DNA of 32,000 bases, from positions 450,001 through 482,000 of the forward strand of contig NC_013967.1 of the NCBI RefSeq assembly GCF_000025685.1. The letters are read 5' to 3'. This document shows, in pieces, positions 27,060 through 32,000 of the stretch. The first letter of the stretch is position 1. Each line of letters starts with the position of its first letter. The notes beneath the pieces were generated by a model, which was not told the origin of the DNA, did no database searches, and saw nothing but the letters and a program-made list of their open reading frames with translations. The position numbers and the translations under genes are program-made. The DNA is from Haloferax volcanii DS2 (GTDB taxonomy: Archaea > Halobacteriota > Halobacteria > Halobacteriales > Haloferacaceae).

Positions 27060-27224
27060 ATGCGCGACGCTCCCGACCCGGCCGGACCGCCGACGGTCTG
27101 CGACGACTGCGGCGCGAGACACTCGTTTCGACGGCGGTTCGTCACCGGCGGCGGCTGGCGAACCGTCTACCGGTGTTCCGAGTGCGGTTCCCGCGCGTCG
27201 AGCGACGGCGACGGCGACGAGTGA
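27060..27224 (+). CDS. Small (54 aa) zinc-ribbon protein, not in the ORF track
   Basis: Hand translation gives MRDAPDPAGPPTVCDDCGARHSFRRRFVTGGGWRTVYRCSECGSRASSDGDGDE* (CxxC-x20-CxxC). The overlapping track ORF 27025..27282 is Arg/Ala/Thr-rich and less protein-like. Confidence 0.45.
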   Translation: MRDAPDPAGPPTVCDDCGARHSFRRRFVTGGGWRTVYRCSECGSRASSDGDGDE

Positions 27225-27272
27225 CCGAGTGGACCGCGGCGGGTCGGCGTCGCCGCCCGCGACGCTGCGGCG

Positions 27273-27917
27273 TCAGCAGTAGGTGTCGCGCATCGTCCGC
27301 GCGAACAGCCCTTCGCGGTCGAGCGCGATGGCGACGAGGACGAACTCCTCGTCGAGGGGGCGCAGGACGAACATCTCGCGGGGCGCGTCCGGCGCGTCGG
27401 TCTCGTCGTCGAGGCGGTCCAAAAGCGGGTCCACGGGGACGACGCCGTCGCCGAACTCGTCGAACAGGTCGCGCGCGCCGGGCTGTTTCGCGAAGACGTA
27501 GAGCACGGCGTTGGGGTCGCCGTCGGTCCCGTAGGTGACGCGCGACCCGATGGCCTCGCCGTCGCCGGTCGCCCGCCACGTCTCGCGGGCGGCCTCGAAC
27601 AGCCCCGTCGCGGCCCCGACGAACCGGAACCGGGTTCGGTCGCGGACCGACAGTTCCTCGAACCGCGGGTCGCCGTCGTCCCAGCGCAGCGTGGCCTCGA
27701 TTTCGTTGCCGGGTTCGAGCGCCGACACGCGCGCTTCGAGGTCGCCGTCGTAGCCCGTTCGCGGGACGTAGGTCGGAGAGTAGGCGTCGTCGGCGTCGGT
27801 CTCGACGGCCGGGTCGGTCCAGTCGACGCGCTCGTCGGGGAGTTCGAGCAAGAGGAGTTCGTCTCCGTCGCGCGGACTGCGATAGACCCGAAATCGGCCG
27901 GCCGTCGTGACCTCCAT
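27273..27917 (-). CDS. Conserved haloarchaeal hypothetical protein (acidic, cytoplasmic)
   Basis: Track ORF 27273..28136 trimmed to the ATG at 27917 (MEVTTAGRFRVYRSPRDGDELLLLELPDERVDW..). The upstream extension overlaps the nhaC 3' end and is Arg/Pro-rich. Confidence 0.65.
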   Translation of the reverse strand: MEVTTAGRFRVYRSPRDGDELLLLELPDERVDWTDPAVETDADDAYSPTYVPRTGYDGDLEARVSALEPGNEIEATLRWDDGDPRFEELSVRDRTRFRFVGAATGLFEAARETWRATGDGEAIGSRVTYGTDGDPNAVLYVFAKQPGARDLFDEFGDGVVPVDPLLDRLDDETDAPDAPREMFVLRPLDEEFVLVAIALDREGLFARTMRDTYC

Positions 27918-28044
27918 GTCCGCGGCTACTGGACGAACGGAAATACGCCTGCCGGTCGCCCGGCGACCGCGGGGGGTCGTCGTCGGTGGGTCGCCGCCGG
28001 AGGTCGCCGCCGGCGGGTCGTCGCCCGCGCACCTCGGCGCTCGC

Positions 28045-29526
28045 TCAGTCGTCGTCGCCGAAGGACGCGACCGCGCCGCGGAGACCGGCGTCGGTGTCGG
28101 AGCCCTGTTCCGTGACTCGCCACCCCGACAGCCCAATCGCCACGAGGATGAGCGGCGAGAGGAAGCCGAGGAAGTAGTAGGGCGCGTACTGGAGCGTCGG
28201 CACGCCGAGCACGTCGGCCATGTACGCGCCGCCGGTCCCCCAGGGGATGAGCGCGCTCGTGGTCGTCCCCGCGGACTCGATGGCCCGCGAGAGGTTCCGG
28301 CTTTCGAGGTCGAAGTCGTCGTAGAGGCCGCGGAAGCTCATGCCGGGGACGACGATGCTCATGTACTGGTCGGCCGCGATGGCGTTCATCGCAAGCGACG
28401 AAGCGGCCGTCCCGACCGTCAGCGAGGCGACCGAGGTGAGCACCCGCCGGAGGTGGTGTGCGAGGACGGCGATACAGCCGGTCCGTTCGAGAATCCCGCC
28501 GAGCGACAGCGACGCGAGGATGACCGTCATCGTCCACGCCGACCCGAGCAGGCCGTCGGAGGCGAGCAGCGAGTCGACCGTCTCGACGCCCGTCGAGGGC
28601 GCGGTGCCCGCGAAGGCGACGTTCCACGCGCCGACGAAGGTGTCGACCGAGACGGGGCCTTGGACGAACAGTTGGGTGAACGTCCCGGCGACCACGCCCG
28701 CGACGATAGACGGTAAGGCGGGATACCCCCGGAGCGCGAGGACGAACGTCACGACGAGCGGCGCGAACACCAGCGGGGTCACGGCGTACGACCCGGCGAT
28801 GGCCGCCTGCATCTCCGCGACGCGCCCGGCCGGGATGCTCCCGCTCGCCGTGAGGCCGAGGGCGGCGTAGGCGACGAGCGAGATTGCCAGCGCGATGGCC
28901 GTCCCGACGCGCATCGTCCGGACGTGGGTCAGGAGTTCGGTGTTCGTGACGGCGGCCGCGAGGTTCGTCGTGTCGGAAAACGGCGACACCTTGTCGCCGG
29001 TGTACGCGCCCGTCAGAACCGCGCCGGCGGTCATCGCGTCGGGCATCCCCAGCCCCGAGCCGATGCCGATGAAGGCGACGCCCAGCGTCGCGGCGGTCGT
29101 CCACGACGAGCCGATGGCGAAGGTGACCACGGCCGAAAGCAGCGTCGCCACGGGGAGGAACACCGCCGGCGACAGGAAGTCGAGGCCGTAGTAGATGAGC
29201 GCGGGAATCGTCCCCGCGGCGGTCCACGTCGAGATGAGCATGTAGACGACGAGCAGGATGAGAAGCGCCGACAGTCCCATGTTGATGCCGTCGCGGATGC
29301 CCGCCGAGAGCCGGGTCCACGGCAGCCCCAGCCAGTAGCGACCCACCGCGCCGGTGAGGATGATGCCCCACAGAAGCGGCAACTGCGGGTCGAGCCCGAG
29401 CCAGATGACGCCGACGCTCAGGAAGACGAGCATCCCGACGACGGGGACGAGCGCCTGCGCGAGCGACGGCCGCTCAGCCTCCGGGATGTCGTCGTACGTC
29501 AGCGGTTCGAACGAGAGTGTTGCCAT
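28045..29526 (-). CDS. nhaC: Na+/H+ antiporter, NhaC family
   Basis: It is a 493-aa polytopic membrane protein. ..GSSWTTAATLGVAFIGIG.. and ..TGDKVSPFSDTTNLAAA.. are typical NhaC blocks. Confidence 0.85.
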   Translation of the reverse strand: MATLSFEPLTYDDIPEAERPSLAQALVPVVGMLVFLSVGVIWLGLDPQLPLLWGIILTGAVGRYWLGLPWTRLSAGIRDGINMGLSALLILLVVYMLISTWTAAGTIPALIYYGLDFLSPAVFLPVATLLSAVVTFAIGSSWTTAATLGVAFIGIGSGLGMPDAMTAGAVLTGAYTGDKVSPFSDTTNLAAAVTNTELLTHVRTMRVGTAIALAISLVAYAALGLTASGSIPAGRVAEMQAAIAGSYAVTPLVFAPLVVTFVLALRGYPALPSIVAGVVAGTFTQLFVQGPVSVDTFVGAWNVAFAGTAPSTGVETVDSLLASDGLLGSAWTMTVILASLSLGGILERTGCIAVLAHHLRRVLTSVASLTVGTAASSLAMNAIAADQYMSIVVPGMSFRGLYDDFDLESRNLSRAIESAGTTTSALIPWGTGGAYMADVLGVPTLQYAPYYFLGFLSPLILVAIGLSGWRVTEQGSDTDAGLRGAVASFGDDD

Positions 29527-29662
29527 TACCGAAAGCGGGTATCGTCGTGGCGGGTTTGAATCTGACCCTTCGACTGTGACGGAAAATCGTTATCGTCGGT
29601 GGGTCGTCCGATTTCGCTGACGGGTCGGCGTGCGACTGCGAGCTACCGCGGGTGACTGCGCG

Positions 29663-30625
29663 CTACCGCGAGATGCCGTCGCCCTCCTCCGCGACGACGC
29701 GCTCGACGTCCTCGGGGGTGACGACGGCGATGTCGCCCTCGACGGTCCGCTTGAACGACGCCGTCGCCGAGGCCCACTCCAGCGACTCGGTCACGCTCCC
29801 GCCGTCGAGGTGCTTCGCGAGGAAACCGCCGACGAAGGCGTCGCCGGTGCCGATGGCGTCGTACGTCTCCGTTTCGTAGACGCCCTGTTCGGACACCGCG
29901 CCGTCGGACACCGCGAGCGACCCTTCCTCGCCGCGGGTGACGACGACGGTTTCGATGTCGTAGTCATCGGCGAGCCCGCGGGCGACCGACTCGGCGTCGC
30001 CGTCGCGCCCGAGGACGGTCGCCGCGTCGCGCTCGGCGGCGAAAAGCAGGTCGACCGAGTCGAGCAGGTCGCGGTAGACTTCGGCCGCCTCGTCGGGCGA
30101 CCAGAGTTTCGTCCGGTAGTTCAGGTCGAAGGCGGTCGTCGTCCCGGCGTTCTGGGCCTCGTCGAGCACGTCGGCGGTGGTCTCGGAGAGCGTCTCGGAG
30201 AGCGCGGGCGTGATGCCGCTCGTGAAACACACCTCGGCGTCGCGGACGGCGTCGAGGTCGAACTCGCCCGTCTCCAGCGTCGTCACGGCCGCGTCGGCGC
30301 GGTCGTAGACGACGTTCGTCGGGCGCGGTGACGCCCCGTGTTCGAGGTAGTAGACGCCCTGTCGGGCGTCCGCGTCGTCGGTCCAGACGACGCCGTCGGT
30401 GTCGACGCTGTGGCTCCGGAGTTCGCTGACGATTCGCCGGCCGAGCGGCGAGTCCGGGAGCTTCGAGAACCACGCGGCGTCCCGGCCGAGTCGGGCGGCG
30501 GCGACGGCGACGTTCGACTCCGCGCCGCCCGCCTGCACTTCGAGTTCGCGGGCGGTTTCGAGTCGCTCGCCACGCGGCGGCGACAGCCGAAGCATCGTCT
30601 CGCCGAAGGTCACGAGTGCTGTCAT
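29663..30625 (-). CDS. kdgK: 2-keto-3-deoxygluconate kinase (PfkB/ribokinase family)
   Basis: [32 protein letters not shown].. and the C-terminal [14 protein letters not shown] (PfkB signature 2) are the KDG-kinase type N-terminal and C-terminal motifs. Confidence 0.85.
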
Positions 30626-30713
30626 GGACGGCCGTTCGCAGGCGCGATATAAACGTCCGGCGTTGCCGACGAGGTTCGCGCCCGCGGTTGATTCGGTCGC
30701 CCTTCCGGCCGGC

Positions 30714-31016
30714 TCACGCGGCCGTCAGCCGCCGGACGAGATAGATGAACGCGATGGGGATGCTCAAGAACGGAACCGCAATCAGGTAGTAGACGGGCGA
30801 GGGAACCCAGTCGCTCTCGCGGGCGAGGTCCAGTCGGTCGGCGTGCAGCGCTAGCGGGCCGACGACCACGGCGGCCACGGTCCCGTAGAGCCGAATCGCC
30901 TGTCCGGCCGCGTCGGCCCACGGGGGGACGCTCGGCCCCGTCGCCGCGGTGAAGAGATACGAGACGACGAGCACCAGCGGCCCGAAGCAGACGCCCAGAA
31001 CGACCAGCGGGTTCAT
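30714..31016 (-). CDS. Small membrane protein (3 hydrophobic segments)
   Basis: The ATG at 31016 gives [22 protein letters not shown]... The track uses an upstream GTG at 31103. Confidence 0.5.
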
Positions 31017-31149
31017 CGCCTCCACCGTCTCGGTGCCCGGACTTGAATCCTCGCCGCGGCTATCGGTTCCAAGAATCGGGATCGGTGGCGAGACCAGCGT
31101 CACGAGACGGCCGACCCGACTCGACCCGCCCCAACGCGACCCGCTCGGA

Positions 31150-32000
31150 CTACTCCTCGCGTCGCCGCCCGCCGTGGCCGGGGTAGTCGCGCTCGAAGCG
31201 CGAGGCGATTTCGTCGCGGTCGAACTCGACGATGACCGGGCGGCCGTGGGGGCAGGCGTAGGGGTTCTCGCAGTCGTCGAGCGCCGCGAGCAGGTCGAGC
31301 ACGGAGCCCTCCCGCAGCGACGTGTTGCCCGTAATCGAGGGGTAACACGCGAGGTCCGACAGCAGTTCGTCGGCGACGGCGTCGACGGTCTTCCGGCCGC
31401 CGTCGACCTCCTCGCGGACGAACGCCGTCAGCGCGTCGCGGAGCAGTTCGGGGTCGAGCGCGGCGTCGAACACCGCCGGGACGGTGCGCACCGAGACGGT
31501 CCGCTCGCCGGTCCGCCCGGCGTGGAAGCCCACCTGCGCCAGCGCCTCGCGGTACTCCTCGAACAGCGCCGCCTCCCGCGCGGTGAGTTCGAGGTCGACC
31601 GGCTCGGCCAGCGCCTGCGTCGGCGTGTCGCCTTCGACCTCGCCTCTCAGGCGCTCGTAGTTCACGCGCTCGTCGGCGGCGTGCTGGTCGACGAGCACCA
31701 GTCCCTCGTCGGTCTCGGCGACGATGTAGGTGTCCGAGAGTTGGCCGATGATTCGCATCGACGGCAGCGAGTCGAACTCGGGTGAGAGGTCCGCCTCCTC
31801 GCCGGAGAGGTCGCGCTGGGTCGTCGGCGCGGCGATGCGCGAGGGAGGGCTTCGGGGCGCGTTGTCGTCCGCCCCCGAGTCGACCGACGACGCCTCGTCC
31901 GGTGTCGACCTCGATTCGCTCCCGTCGTCGGTCGAAAGCGACGACTGCTCGGTCGTCTCCGGCCCCGGCGCGAGGTCGTACTCGCGGGGCGGCGTCGGCG
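31150..32000 (-). CDS. mutL: DNA mismatch repair protein MutL, C-terminal part; the 5' end lies outside the window
   Basis: The frame is open to base 32000, checked by hand. The C-terminal dimerisation/endonuclease domain has GQL.DTYIV.E...GLVLVDQHAADER and ACPHGRP. An acidic Ser/Pro linker lies upstream. Confidence 0.9.
   Translation of the reverse strand, partial: PTPPREYDLAPGPETTEQSSLSTDDGSESRSTPDEASSVDSGADDNAPRSPPSRIAAPTTQRDLSGEEADLSPEFDSLPSMRIIGQLSDTYIVAETDEGLVLVDQHAADERVNYERLRGEVEGDTPTQALAEPVDLELTAREAALFEEYREALAQVGFHAGRTGERTVSVRTVPAVFDAALDPELLRDALTAFVREEVDGGRKTVDAVADELLSDLACYPSITGNTSLREGSVLDLLAALDDCENPYACPHGRPVIVEFDRDEIASRFERDYPGHGGRRREE

Overview
This is GC-rich haloarchaeal chromosomal DNA (by eye well above 60% GC). 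The proteins are acidic and several carry Tat or lipobox signals. From memory, gene content and order match the Haloferax-type core region: rpa2, histone, hdaI, cca, tRNAs, a sugar ABC transporter, dpsA with a DtxR-family regulator, aconitase, an MFS sugar porter, then nhaC, kdgK and mutL. Most of the window is ordinary housekeeping and transport. Two things stand out. (1) A compositionally foreign islet of about 3.7 kb (about 8096-11837) sits directly behind a tRNA-Asn/tRNA(CAT) pair. It holds a ~0.94 kb AT-rich cassette whose gene has a HEPN-like C-terminus (RNYVVH) but is split by a -1 frame change at an A-run. It also holds a convergent classical C2H2 zinc-finger ORF, a broken zinc-ribbon ORF, and an ISH3/IS4-type DDE transposase with no ATG start and no recognisable inverted repeats. 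(2) Three perfect copies of the 16-bp palindrome TTTAGG-N4-CCTAAA are confined to the 1.6 kb around the DtxR-family regulator gene. Two of them abut the start codons of small ORFs missing from the ORF track. I see no CRISPR array, no integrase and no clean novel multi-gene system. The HEPN/zinc-finger islet is the best candidate for something undescribed, and it may be decayed. Family names (DUF numbers, ISH3, gene symbols) come from memory of the translated sequences, not from searches.
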